From positions 77,996,001 to 78,060,000 of the forward strand of contig OX597825.1 in the NCBI GenBank assembly GCA_951406725.2: a DNA stretch of 64,000 nt, written 5' to 3'. The translations under genes and the position numbers were made by a program. The stretch is from Octopus vulgaris (taxonomy: Eukaryota). The notes beneath the pieces are model-generated. The model worked only from the letters and a program-made list of their open reading frames with translations. It searched no databases and was not told where the DNA came from. Positions within the stretch are counted from its first letter, which is position 1. Each line of letters opens with the position of its first letter. Positions 40,382 through 55,459 of this stretch are shown piece after piece.

Positions 40382-40644
40382 GCGAGTGTGTGTGTGTGTG
40401 TGTGTGTTTATGCGTATAAGTTAGCACCATTATCATCACTATCACTACCACCGCTATCATTATGTCTAAAACAGTGTATATACGCGTAGGGGCAGCTGGT
40501 GTCACACACCCGAAAAATTAAATGCAATCTGTGTCATCTCCCCTTTACTCCCTCGCTTTCTCTCTTTCTCTCTCAATTATTACATTATCTCCCTGTCATA
40601 TCTTAATGGATTTCTTTACCTCAGCTGTCCCATAACATCTGTTT

Positions 40645-41204
<560 letters not shown>

Positions 41205-41395
41205 TTCGTATATTTTACCCCAGTGTCACTTTGATGGCATGAACTGCTCTCTCACTCAATAATAATAATAATAATAATGATAATAGTAATGCTACTACTA
41301 CTGCTACTATTACTACTATTGATTTCTTTTAGGCGTGATGTTTGTGCGAATTAATGCAGTTTTGTACGTACGTATATGAGGGTATATATGTGTAC

Positions 41396-41738
41396 GACCG
41401 TCGCCTCGACCTCACACCCAGCACCTCCACACTTCTTCGTCTAGCAGAACTCGTCCTCACCCTCAGCAGCTTTACGTTCGCGGGGGAGATTTTCTAGCAC
41501 GTGTCTGGCATCGCTATGGGAACGAGAATGGGTTCCAATTTCACCAACTTATTTTTTGGTTACATTGAGGCCCAAATATTCTCACAATTTTCCGGAGCGA
41601 CCCCAGAACTATACGGTCACGATATAGACGAATGTATAGGCGCCACCTGCCTCTCCCGCGAACAACTCTCCAATTTCATCTCTTTCATTTCTAACTCTCA
41701 CCCTTCCTTCCAATTTACCTCTACCATCTCTGACACCT
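41396..41738 (+). mobile_element. Penelope-like reverse transcriptase fragment (pseudogene)
   Basis: TSTLLRLAELVLTLSSFTFAGEIF*HVSGIAMGTRMGSNFTNLFFGYIE..LYGHDIDECIG..FISNSHPSFQFT: PLE RT motifs (GxAMG, degenerate RYIDD, HPxxxFT). Confidence 0.85.
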
Positions 41739-41965
41739 CTTATTTCTTTATTGCCCACAAGGGGCTAAACACAGAGGGTGAAAACAAGGACAGACAAAGG
41801 GATTAAGTCTATTACATCAACCCCAGTGCGTAACTGGTACTTAATTTATCGACCCCGAAAGGATGAAAGGCAAAGTCGACCTCGGCGGAATTTGAACTCA
41901 CAACGTAACGACAGACGAAATACGGCTACGCATTTCGCCCTGCGTGCTAATGTTTCTGCCGCCTT
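41739..41965 (-). mobile_element. SINE family B
   Basis: Near-complete reverse-complement copy abutting the PLE RT fragment. Confidence 0.85.
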
Positions 41966-43579
41966 AGCTTTATCTTACGTCTATCCCTGTAACATACATA
42001 CATATTAAGAGACATAACTGCTGATGTGTTCCCCCACGGACTTTATTTCTTTATAACTTTCTGGAAACGGAGAGTTTTTTTTTAGTGAAATTTTCTTGAC
42101 AGGTACTTTAGATGATGCAGATTAGGGTTCTATCGGAATTTCAGTGTGAAAAGTTGTTCCGTGGTGTGGAGAGAAATTTCGGATAATTTACGCAACTTAA
42201 TTTGTTTCCTCGTAACTTTCTGAAAACTGGGTTTTTTCTACGAAAATATTCTACAACTACGTTTGAGATCGTGTAAAGGTGTGGATTACGATTGTACCGG
42301 AACTTAATTTGAAAAAGAAATGTGGGATGATTCTGGACTCGACTTTAATTCCACATACATTTTGATGAGGTCTGTGAATTATCAACCACCCGCCAAATTA
42401 TTTTTCCTCATTAAATTTCGATATGAACCTGATTTCCACCATGTGAAACGAATTTCTTGAAAATTTTATCTTAAAATATACCTTCATTAGAAAATCATGG
42501 AGAATAAAATGTCTTGGCAGTGGCAATGCACCTGCCGTTATTCCTATATATGTACGTGTTGGTAAGTAGAGGCATATATACACACACACATATATATCTG
42601 CATCTAGATCACTATTTGAAAGTTTGTCATCCGGCTGTCGTAAATTTGTAAAATACGTGTTATCTCTGCGTGCCAATGGAGATGTGAATAGAACTGTTTG
42701 AGTTTAGAAGCTCGTTAGAATTGCTTGGCTTAAATAATAGTAACACCTTTGCCTTGCATGCGTTTCCGTATTTCATTAGCCGTTTTTTTACGCAAATCGG
42801 TTATATCCATTCAAAATCTCATTACCCCTTAACTGTGAAAAGCTGTTTTATATACTAATTTATCTTTTGTTGAGTAATGTCATGTTTAAAACAATTTTCT
42901 GTGGACATATGTCAAGTTTATTGAGGCAACGTGACTTGCAGAAAATACCAATCCTGTTTTTTTTTGTTTTTTTTTTTTTAGATATTTAACATCATCACTG
43001 GAGTAATCATGAAATTTAATTTCACAGTTAAAGGATTAAACTTTGAAAATCTGCCAAATACAAAAGATAACTTTTACACTTTTTTAATTCATCGCACGGA
43101 GAATATTTTTACATCCACAAGATATTCGGCCATGATGTCATAAAAGCTAACAAGTATCAGCAAGATATCGCCCCTTATCTCAACAAATTTACTTCAGTGC
43201 GTAAAAAAACAAAGAGAGATAGAATTTTTCATCATTGTTTTTCACACAACGTTGTAAATGAGGGCAATTTCAGAGGAGATGCTTTATTTTATTCTCCGAC
43301 CTGATGCATACATTTAAAGCATCAGGTTGTTCTCAACTTATAATTCTTAGCTAAGGAATTGTTGATCTGATCTGTTTATTTAATAGAACTAAAAATAAAC
43401 ATGGTCTGTTTTTTTAAAGAACCAACAAACTTTCAATTTTAAACAGCAGAAAACACAAAGTATTTCGGAAATGATTTCTCTCAGACACAATGGACGGGAG
43501 CAACTTCAGCAAACTTTTCTTGAGCAAGAATGCAAGTCCTCTTTAATGACCGACCGTTGCTAGTGCACGTTTGCAGTCA

Positions 43580-43872
43580 ATATTTTATCGGTCCCCAAAA
43601 GAAATGGAAGGCAAAGTCGACTTCGGCGGAATTAATACTCGAAACGTAAAGACGGACGAAATGCCTTATTTTACTACATTATATTCTTTTCTACTCTAGG
43701 CACAAGGTCCGGAATTTTGGAGGGACTGGGCAAGACGATTAGATCGACTCCAGTATGCAACTGGTACTTAATTTATTAACTCCTCGGCGGAGTTTTAACT
43801 CAGAACGTAAAGACAGACGAAATAGCGATAAGCATTTCGCCCGACGTGCTAACGTTTCTGCCAGATTGCCGC
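43580..43872 (-). mobile_element. Two SINE family B fragments
   Basis: gcaaagtcgacttcggcggaa.. and ..gctaacgtttctgccag. Confidence 0.75.
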
Positions 43873-44374
43873 TTTATTTTACTGCATTATATGAACGTAT
43901 TGAATTTTAACATATTGAAGATATTGTTTCTCTCGAGAATTTATATAAGATAATTGCGATTTATGATCCATATTTCGCCCTTGTCTGAGGATTTGCTCCC
44001 TTCAGCTATATTTACTGCACTTTTTAATTGCATTTATTGCGTGACATCATCAGGTGCCGAATACAGAAACATACGTAACAGACGAAATAAAGGAATACCA
44101 TGCTCTTGCCCATGATATTTCTTTTGTCACACACACAGACACATATATATATATATATATATATATACTTTTACATGTGTGTTTATATACTCATATATAT
44201 ATGTATGTATGTATGTATATATGTATATATACAAATATATTCACATACGTACATACATATGTGTGTGTATTGGTAAAAGTGCTCTTAATCATATGTATAA
44301 ATAGAAAAATATGACATCAATAAAGAACTCAATATCTGGTTCTAGTTTAATATTGCTTTTGATATCAAAGTCTG

Positions 44375-44560
44375 GAACAAGATCAACATTTTAGGAATGT
44401 GTGTAAGTCAATTACATCGACCCCAGTGCTCAAAGGGTATTTATTTTATCGACTCCGAAACGATAAAAGACAAAGCCGACCTCGGCGTAATTTGAACTCA
44501 AAAGACGCCGCTAAATATTTTGCCCGGTGTGCTAACGGTTCTGCCAAATCGCTGCTCTGC
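44375..44560 (-). mobile_element. SINE family B
   Basis: catcgaccccagtgc..gacctcggcgtaatttgaactc..gctaacggttctgcc. Confidence 0.75.
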
Positions 44561-45838
44561 GGTTAGCTTTTTAATATTTCGTGTATAAAAAAAGGTGGCA
44601 GTGACAGCCAACATTACGTCACAATTCGCTTTCGAAATTATGTGTCTGTATGTGTGTGTGTGAGAGAGAGAGGGGGGAGACAGACAGACAGACAGACAGA
44701 AAAAGGCAGACATTCAAACAATATTGTTTCTTTCATTTAAAGAAACTAAAGAAAAAACTCATACTTTTGTAATCATCATCATCATCATCATCATCGTCTT
44801 ATTCTTCTTATTCTCACTTCATCTCTTTTGAGTTTGTTTCCTTCTCCTTTTCCTTCTTTTATTCTTTAATTTTCTTCTCACCCTCTTCCTTCATTTTCTT
44901 CCTCTTTTCCACTCCTTCGTGCTCTCTCATTCGATTTTTCTTTCTTTCTTTTTTCCTTTTCTACTTTTCCTTCTTTATTTCCTTCTTCACCCATCTTCTT
45001 ATCCTCCTTCATTTTCTCCTTCCTCATCCTTTGTTTTCTCTACTTTTCCACTTCCAAATAATTTCTTTCTCTTCTTTTTCCTCTTTCTCTTTCATTGCGC
45101 CTTCTACTTCTTTTCTTCTTTTTCTTTTTCTTTTCTCCTTTTCTTTTTTTTCTTTTTGTCCTCCTATTTTTTATTCTTTCTCTTTTACATTGTTTATTTC
45201 TCCTTTTTATTCTTTTATCTTTTTTTCCTTTCCTTTCTTCTTTTCACCTCCTCTTTCTCCTTTTCCTTCTCCTCCTCCTAGTCCTCCTCCTCCTACTTCT
45301 GCTTCGCTAGTTTATTCCTTCTCTTTCATTTTACTCTTTTATTTCTACTTCTTCTTCTTCTTCTCCTCCTCCTCCCCTTCTCCTTTCCCTCCTCCTCCTC
45401 CTCCTCCTTCTTTACACCTGCTCTGATTTCCAATATTATTTTCTCTCACATGTTTCGACAGAACTCACAATATAAGTGATGTTAAAGGGGTGGACTCACT
45501 ATGAGAAATTCTGAAAAGAGAGAAACCGTCAGCGCCACAAGCAAATTCCTTTATATCTATCAGCCATCTTACTACCGGACAAACTCACAAACACACACAT
45601 TCTGCCTTCCTCCCTATTCCTCCCAACGCCACCTACTTACTCTCAGCACATGAAACGCTCCCACGCACAAGCAGATGCGCACGCACGCACAAACAAACAC
45701 ACACACACAAACACATGCAGATGCGATAATAATCATGTAATAATAATGATTGCTTCTTTATTGGCCACGAGGTCCGAGAAAATATTTAGGACAACACAAA
45801 AACAGAGAACTGAGGGGAATTAGATAGAAAAGTTTAAA

Positions 45839-46229
45839 TCTCTCTATATATATAAAGCTGAAATTGTCTGTGTAAGGCAGGTTTGGTAGCCTTCAACTAA
45901 CACTCCTCCGAGACCCTGCGGCGCAAGTTGACCAAAATTGAGACTATGATAGAAGAAGGCTTGCTCTTCCTTCCGTAGAAGAAAATATTCAAATCGGACC
46001 ATGTTAACACCAAAAATTATCAACATCAAAAAGGTGTTTTTTTCTCTCTGAAAATCCCTATTTTTTACTATTTTTTGGCTGCTGTGTCGCTATTTTTCGG
46101 TGTATTTCAACCAGAAAAATGTTCACTTAAAGAGAATAACAAGCTACATAATGCACAATTTTTACTTTTCAAACATTCCAATTCTAAAGGGTCGAAACAA
46201 ACCCGAGCAACACCGGACAATACTGCTAG
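45839..46229 (+). mobile_element. Non-autonomous Helitron-like element
   Basis: 5' A|TC..TATATATATAAA start; imperfect 3' hairpin cccgagcaacaccgg followed by CTAG|T. Confidence 0.7.
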
Positions 46230-46371
46230 TTTTAAATAATTTGCAAAGTTATTTGCAAAAACAAAAAGAAGAAAAAGTCTTTACTAACACTCTTCAAATG
46301 GGAGAAACGCCACCCAGGGGCAACCAAGGAACCTCACAGAACATCTCCAGCGTTAGAAGCTCTGCAAATGC

Positions 46372-46439
<68 letters not shown>

Positions 46440-46443
46440 AGAA

Positions 46444-46503
<60 letters not shown>

Positions 46504-46507
46504 AATG

Positions 46508-46893
<386 letters not shown>

Positions 46894-47019
46894 GAAGAAG
46901 AAGTAGAAGAAGAAGAAGAAGAAGAAGAAGAAGAAGAAGAAGAAGAAGAAGAAGAAGAAGAAGAAGAAGAAGAAGAAGAAGAAGAAGAAGAAGAAGAAGA
47001 AGAAGAAGAAATTATAACC

Positions 47020-47398
47020 CTTTCTACGTGAGACACGAGGCCTGAAATTTGGTGGAGAGGAATAAGCCGATTACATCGACCACAAATTTATCGACTCCGA
47101 AAGGATGAAAGGCAAATTCGACTTCGGGGGAATTTGAACTCAGAACGTAGCGGCAGAAAAAATACCTATTTCTTTACTACCCACAATGTGCTAAACACAG
47201 AGAGGAGAAACAAGGACAGACGAACGGATTAAGTCGATTATATTGACCCCAGTGCGTAACTGGTACTTATTTAATCGACCCCGAAAGGATGAAAGGCAAA
47301 GTCGGCCTCGGCGGAATTTGAACTCAGAACGTAACGGCAGGCGAAATACCGCTAAGCATTTCACCAGGCGTGTTAATGATTCTGCCAGGTCGCCGTCT
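47020..47398 (-). mobile_element. SINE family B dimer
   Basis: Full monomer at 47165-47398 followed by a second 5'-truncated monomer. Confidence 0.85.
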
Positions 47399-47689
47399 TG
47401 ATGATGATGATGATTAGGATGATTAGGAGGAGGGGAAGGAGGAGAAAGAGGAGGGGGATTTCTTTTATTAGCCCAAGCATTGAGGGCGATATCAAAGGAT
47501 GAATGTTAATGATGATGATGATGGTGGTGGTGGTGGTGGTGGTAGTGGTGGTGGGGATGATAATGATGATGATGATGATGATGATAGTTATGACAATTTC
47601 AAATTTTGGCACAAAGCCAGCAAGATGAAGGTAGTAGATAAGTCGATTTCATCTTATTTAAAACGTGACACCTGACAAGATGCATCCTG

Positions 47690-47962
47690 CATGGCTTCGT
47701 GGTTAGGGTGTTACAACCCCAGACTGGGCGTTGCGTTGTGTTCTTGAGCAAAGCACTTCTTTTCACGCTGCTCAGCGATCATTTCGACATCTGACATGTG
47801 GCACCCAGTTGCACCTGTACAGGTAATGTCGATTTGATGGGAGGAATGAACTTATGTCTACACAAACATTTGATTACTGTAAAACAAATCATCTGTGTGA
47901 TTGTTCAGAAAGAAATTGTCGAACCTTCATACGTCGTCTAATAGCGGGAGAGTCCATTATTA
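47690..47962 (+). mobile_element. SINE with a family-C-related head (gtggttaggg..cccagactgggcgttg) and a different body
   Basis: Shares head sequence with 24982-25090. Confidence 0.55.
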
Positions 47963-48006
47963 TTATATACGTAAATACATATCGATACACACACACACAC
48001 ACACAC

Positions 48007-48190
<184 letters not shown>

Positions 48191-48386
48191 ATTGATGTTT
48201 GCTTTTATATTCAATTACAATAAGAACATTAATCTTATGGGTTAATCTATTCTTGTAAACTACAAATTCATCATTCTTATACAAGAATGTTCTTGACAGT
48301 GACTTCGTAGAATCGGTCTGCTAAGTCATCATCACACACTCAAGAACATTCTAGTATAACAATGATAGGTAGAGAAATAGACAGTC

Positions 48387-48483
<97 letters not shown>

Positions 48484-48489
48484 TCCGAG

Positions 48490-49350
48490 GAAAAAATGAC
48501 TGGTACTACTAAATATGTCCCTTCAAAAACAGAAATACCACAAAAAATTAATAAAATCATGCTAAAACCAAAGCAAAAGAAATCCCGATCTCTGTCTTGG
48601 GGAGAAACAGCCATACCTGAGGGTGAAAACAGAAACACCATAATCCTAGAAGTAACCACAGTATCTTACATTTGGCCAAGCGATATCTCTTAATTCTACA
48701 TCAATCATCAAATTTTCTCAATCATCAAATTTTCTCAATCATCAACAGCTGAAGACAATCGCTAAATCTGAAGAGACACCTAACATAGGCGAGATTCACA
48801 TCGGACAAAGAAATAATACATGTAGAAAAAAAAAGCTGTGGAGAGCTTCGTTGAGGGGTATAATAGAGTAAGAAACGGCTAAAAGATTCAAGAATAGGAA
48901 GGAACTGAAAGGGAATGCTAACATGGATTGCAAAACAAGATTCTTGTTTATTGCATCATATGTCCACAATGCAACGAGAATTACATTGGAGAAACAGGCA
49001 CAAACAATAAAAACCATCAGTGTAAACGTGCTTAAACAGCAAATTTAAGATTAATGTATTAGATGTTTACTACGTGAAACATCTAGACATTTATGCAAAT
49101 GGAAAATTTAGAATATTCCCTTTTTACAAAATGAAATACGAAAATAATCAACTACTACAGGCAGAAGAAGAATGCTTTATAATCTATCTAAATCCGAAAC
49201 TAAACCGGAATTCTTCACATGATTATTATAAACACCCTCCTCCATACAGATTAGCACAGAACGCGTGTTTGGCAAATTGGACAACGAAAATACTTACATG
49301 CAAAATACACATTATGCTCAAACTTCTTCCCAGAGGTTGGTGATATTCTG
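48490..49350 (+). mobile_element. Penelope-like element GIY-YIG endonuclease fragment (pseudogene)
   Basis: From 48943: LVYCIICPQCNENYIGETG (GIY-YIG). Later: HLDIYANGKFRIFPFYKM..EEECFIIYLNPKLN. Confidence 0.8.
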
Positions 49351-49616
49351 TTGAATAAAAACGTTTTTAAATAATTTTGTTGTCTAAGAGGCGTCATTGG
49401 TTAATCATAAAGGAGTGGAATTGAACCAGTGCGTGTGTTATTGATATGGACGCAATGATTCTTCCTAGACACAATACATTTCCTTTTAATACATGAATTC
49501 ATGTAAAGAATCTTGCAAATCAAAAACAAAAACGAAGATTTTTAAATCGTTACTTTTTAGAAAAATCGTTCTGTAATTGTTGTGATTGTGTCAAGTACTT
49601 ATTATGAAAACTTATT

Positions 49617-49677
<61 letters not shown>

Positions 49678-49682
49678 ACATA

Positions 49683-49728
<46 letters not shown>

Positions 49729-49923
49729 TAATAGATTAAAGAAACAGAAGATGGTATTGATATAATTCCTTATTTTGTACGACGATCGTTTCGGCCCATC
49801 TTGCGACTATGCCTTATGGGTGAGATGCTGTATATCATATTGCGTTGCATCAGTTTTTGAAGTCTGGATCACATCAAGTACATTCCTACATAAAGTGGTG
49901 TCTCGCTATATACATATACATAC

Positions 49924-49989
<66 letters not shown>

Positions 49990-49992
<3 letters not shown>

Positions 49993-50179
49993 CTTCGTGT
50001 GTACCGTTGGCGATTTTTTTTCCTCTGTCTTCCCTTTTCTGGATCTTTCCTTCTCCTATGTTTCCGACGAAGAGCTCCGCTCGAAACGTTAAACCCTCCT
50101 TTTTCCTGAGCGTCCAATAATACTATATTTGTTCCACGTCCTTGCGTTGTTGTGTTTTTTTGTGGTTTCTTGTTTGGAT

Positions 50180-50184
<5 letters not shown>
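49990..50184 (+). mobile_element. ~200-bp (TA)n-flanked element with a minimal hammerhead-like motif (50060-50094)
   Basis: GUUU-CCGACGA-A-GAGC ucc GCUC-GAAA-CG-UU-AAAC; paralog of 16660-16866. Confidence 0.75.
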
Positions 50185-50238
<54 letters not shown>

Positions 50239-50240
<2 letters not shown>

Positions 50241-50652
50241 TCTTACTCTCTTTTACTCTTTTACTTGTTTCAGTCATTTCACTGCGGCCATGCTGGAGCA
50301 CCGCCTTTAATCGAGCAACTCGACCCCGGGACTTATTCTTTGTAAGCCCAGTACTTATTCTATCGGTCTCTTTTGCCGAACCGCTAGGTGACGGGGATGT
50401 AAACACACCAGTATCGGTTGTCAAGCAATGCTAGGGGGACAAACACAGACACACAAACATACACGCACACACACACACATATATATATACGACGGGCTTC
50501 TTTCAGTTTCCGTCTACCAAATCCACTCACAAGGCTTTGGTCGGCCCGAGGCTATAGTAGAAGACACTTGCCCAAGGTGCCACGCAGAGAGACTGAACCC
50601 GGAACCATGTGGTTGGTAAACAAGCTACTTACCACACACCCACTCCTGCGCC

Positions 50653-50655
<3 letters not shown>
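50239..50655 (-). mobile_element. SINE family A, full length, young
   Basis: Nearly identical reverse complement of 2641-3052. Confidence 0.9.
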
Positions 50656-50700
<45 letters not shown>

Positions 50701-50716
50701 TACTTATATATGTATA

Positions 50717-50751
<35 letters not shown>

Positions 50752-51223
50752 TATATATATATATTTATATGTATATATGTATATTTATATTTATATATAT
50801 ATTTATATATATATATACTTATATATATGTATTTAAATGTGTGTGTGTATGCGTGTGTCAATGGTTAGTATTATCACGTGTTTCAGTATTTGAAGGCCAG
50901 CATCCCTTCTTAAGAACATATAAGAAAATGTCTTCAAGAGGGGATCCTGATCTTTAAATCCTGAGACATCCTGAGACATCCTGAGACCATTCACCTGTAT
51001 TATTACTGTTTATAACTTCTGTTGTTTTGGCAATTTACTTTGCGGTAAATTGCAGTGAAATTGCCTCAAGAAGTTAAAATATGTCACAAACATATTTGAA
51101 CTAGTCTAAAATCTGTTTCTTCTACACACACACACAAACACACACATATATATATGGGGGGTGTATGTGTGTGTGTCTATATACATATATATCTAATATA
51201 GGATAAGTCATGAGTACACTAAA

Positions 51224-51336
<113 letters not shown>

Positions 51337-51339
51337 TTT

Positions 51340-51450
51340 ATTTAAAGCAGCAGAAAATTCAACAAAACCTGTTACTCCGAGTTTCCCGTTGCCGTTCATC
51401 GGACAGTTTTTGCTAGCAAAAATAAAGCATATTACTCTACCACTGGTGGT
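51340..51450 (-). mobile_element. One-armed copy of the 52176-52407 palindromic element; hammerhead-like motif at 51369-51406
   Basis: Minus strand CUGU-CCGAUGA-ACG gcaa CGG-GAAA-CUCGGAG-UA-ACAG; same ataaagcatattactctaccactggt tail. Confidence 0.75.
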
Positions 51451-51947
51451 ATATATATATATATATATATATATACAGCATGTAATATATATATGTATAT
51501 ATATAATATAAATAATATATAAATATATGCATATATACATACATATATATATATACATACCTACATATATATGCATATATACATGCATATATGGGTACAG
51601 GACATCAAAAAACGTTGAACACAATGAAACAAACCTTTTTTCAAACAATGAAAAAAACAGAGAAACGAAACATACAACATACAGAATATTCCCCTTCTTC
51701 AGTTGTCCCTGTTTATTTTACTCCATGTATTGAAGGTGAGGACAAGACGCGACACCGCTGAAACAGTCCTTCCCGCAAAGCAAATTAAATAAAGTTTGGG
51801 ATTTTTTGTGGAGGGTTAAAGTGGTAACAACAGGACAGTGAGAACAAAACAGTAAAAAGAAATGGTGAGGGATGTTAAGCAAAGATGATAGAAAAATTAT
51901 TAAGAACGCTTAGGAAGATGAGTTTATGAAGGAGACAGTGTAAGCAC

Positions 51948-52016
<69 letters not shown>

Positions 52017-52109
52017 GAATCCGGTCCAAGTGACAACGTAGGTGAGTTAGGTACAATAAATTCAGGGTGTATACTTGATAAATGTAAGCACCTGTATATG
52101 CCAGTTAGT

Positions 52110-52147
<38 letters not shown>

Positions 52148-52175
52148 AATATATATATATATATATATATATTTA

Positions 52176-52407
52176 TTAAAGCAGCAGAAAATTCAACAAA
52201 ACCTGTTACTCTGAGTTTCCCGTTGCCGTTCGTCGGACAGTTTTTGCTAGTTTTTCTAGCAAAAACTGTCCGACGAACGGCAACGGGAAACTCAGAGTAA
52301 CAGGTTTTGCTGAATTTTCTGCTGCTTTAAATAAAGCATATTACTCTACCACTGGTATTTGAGTACTCTTTTTTCCACCTTGTTTTACATTTATGTGTTT
52401 ACTCCGG
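52176..52407. mobile_element. Palindromic element (75-bp arms, 74/75 complementary, TTTTT spacer) with a hammerhead-like motif on each strand, plus a unique tail, embedded in (TA)n
   Basis: Arms at 52176-52250 and 52256-52330; motifs at 52203-52240 (-) and 52266-52303 (+). Confidence 0.85.
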
Positions 52408-52419
52408 TATATATATATG

Positions 52420-52459
<40 letters not shown>

Positions 52460-52460
<1 letters not shown>

Positions 52461-52760
52461 TAGCTTAAAAACCGCTCTATCGGGCGACTTTTAAGTTAGC
52501 TCCTGCGTAGGGCTCTTCAATAGTCCTTAGACCCAATAATTACACTTCATGCATTGAGTACATATTCAATTTTATAACACTTAAGCAATATTTTTCAAGC
52601 AATGGACAATTTTCGCCAAAATAATGATAATTTCTCGGCTTGGAACTTATTGCAAAGCTGCATCATAAACAACCATGCCACTACCATCGCCACCACATCA
52701 GCCATAAAACATCATTCAGACTTCTGACGCAACCACCATCAATACAACCACTACAAGCAT
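52460..52760 (-). mobile_element. Possible Helitron 3' end
   Basis: Minus strand ends cgcccgatagagcggtttttaagCTAG|T (GC-rich imperfect hairpin plus CTAG). The 5' extent is uncertain. Confidence 0.45.
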
Positions 52761-52938
52761 ACATACTTACATAAGTACAAACATAAACACATGCATACAT
52801 ATTTTTTATATGCATCTAAATTTATATATATTTAAGCTTGTATGTATATATCTTTATAATATATATACACATATATTTATATTTATATATATATGCTTGT
52901 ATATATATATATATATTATATATATACACATATATTTA

Positions 52939-52997
<59 letters not shown>

Positions 52998-53047
52998 ATG
53001 GCGGTGCATAACATATATTAGCTGAAACTGGAAAAATCAAAAATCGA

Positions 53048-53099
<52 letters not shown>

Positions 53100-53228
53100 C
53101 ACACAAGCATATATATAAGTATATATGTGCGTGTGAATGTATGGATCAGTGCATATATATATACAAATATATATTGTATGTAAATATGTAAATATATATA
53201 CATACCTATATATATGTATATATCTATA

Positions 53229-53332
<104 letters not shown>

Positions 53333-53906
53333 CATACATACATATTGATAAATTGATAAATAGAGATAAGAAAGAAATGAGAAACCGGATGCTGTATTCA
53401 GTATATAAACGCAGGTAAGTATACAATTTCATGTGTGTCTCTGTGAGTTTGTGCCTACGTATTTCGGTATGTAAGTTTGTATATGTGTATATATGCGTAT
53501 ATATGTATATGTATGTACGTATGTATGTATGTATGTTTGTATGCGTGTATGTACGTACATCTATGTGTTTATGTGAACGTTTAGCCTGTAGTGTGGACCC
53601 ATCTCGGATTCTGAAGAACGCACAGTTTGAAGGAAAACTATGGAAAATTTAACAATAACCGCACCAACAGCGATGACGATGATGACAGCAGCGATAATAA
53701 CTGCAGAGCAACAGGCGCAGCAGGATCAACGACATTGATAACACCGGCGCAGACGACAGCGAAAACCACATTGTCAATATATATGTATATGTATACAGCG
53801 TTTGAGAAAGTTGTAAAGGAAGTTGAAGTGGTAGTAGTGGTTCTACAGGAGTGGGAGGGAGGGGCGTAATGTAATTCGCATAATATGTTGGTCGCACCAA
53901 GAATAA

Positions 53907-53937
<31 letters not shown>

Positions 53938-53959
53938 AAGAAGAAGAAGAAGAGCAACT

Positions 53960-54022
<63 letters not shown>

Positions 54023-54160
54023 GTAATAATAATAATGATAACAATAATGATGAAGATGAAGATAATCTTTAATTAACCACAAACGTTGAACTATTTGCAT
54101 TATTAATAAATGATACTCCACTAATACGCACACAAGCGTACTGGCACATAATATACACAC

Positions 54161-54240
<80 letters not shown>

Positions 54241-54356
54241 GCATATGTGTGTATGTGTATATATATATGTATGTAGGTATGTATATATATGTATATATAT
54301 ATATACACACACATATATAAGTACATATATATATATATGTATGTTTGTATATGTGC

Positions 54357-54392
<36 letters not shown>

Positions 54393-54489
54393 ATGTATGT
54401 ATATATGTATATATACTCTTTCCTGCTAAATATTAATAAAACTATACGTATACTCATATTTCCTGTTTGCACCAATATACCTGTATATA

Positions 54490-54553
<64 letters not shown>

Positions 54554-54571
54554 AGAGAGAGAAAGAGTGAG

Positions 54572-54636
<65 letters not shown>

Positions 54637-55123
54637 TGTGTGTCTATGTATGTATGCATGTATCAAGCTCATATATATGATATATATATATATACACACA
54701 TACATTCATAGAAACGGACATACATACATATATATATACATACACGCATATATATACATACAAAACAGTCAGGCGGACAGACAGACGGATGGACGGAGGA
54801 TGGATAGATAGATAGCTGGATGCATACATATACATACATACATGCATACATACATACATACATACATACATACATACATACATACATACATACATACATA
54901 CATACATACATTACATGCGTAAGTTAATGATCACAGTGATTAGGATGATAATAAGAATGATTGCAAAGTAATAGTAAATTAATATGACAACAACTAAAGC
55001 AACAACATCGAAATCAATATACAACAACAACAACAATAACAATAACAACAATAGTTGCTGTAAAGTACTACAATAACATGGAGGAGAAAGAAATAAAAAT
55101 AAAACTTTGCTGTTACAAATAAC

Positions 55124-55171
<48 letters not shown>

Positions 55172-55459
55172 GGTGGTGGTGGTGGTAGTGGTGGTGGTGG
55201 TGGTTATGGTGGTGGTGTTTTGATGTTGAGGAGGATGATGATTAGGACGACGACTACCACCACTACCACAATGATAATTGTGATGATGATGGTGATGTTG
55301 ATGGTGGTGGTGGTGGTGGTGATGATGATGATGATAATGCGTTATGATGAGTGGATGAGGAAGAGGGGGAGAAGAATGATGAAAACGAAGAACCAGAAAT
55401 AGTTACAGAAGAAACATCATCAACAACTACAACACTAACATCAGCAACAAATCGAACGA

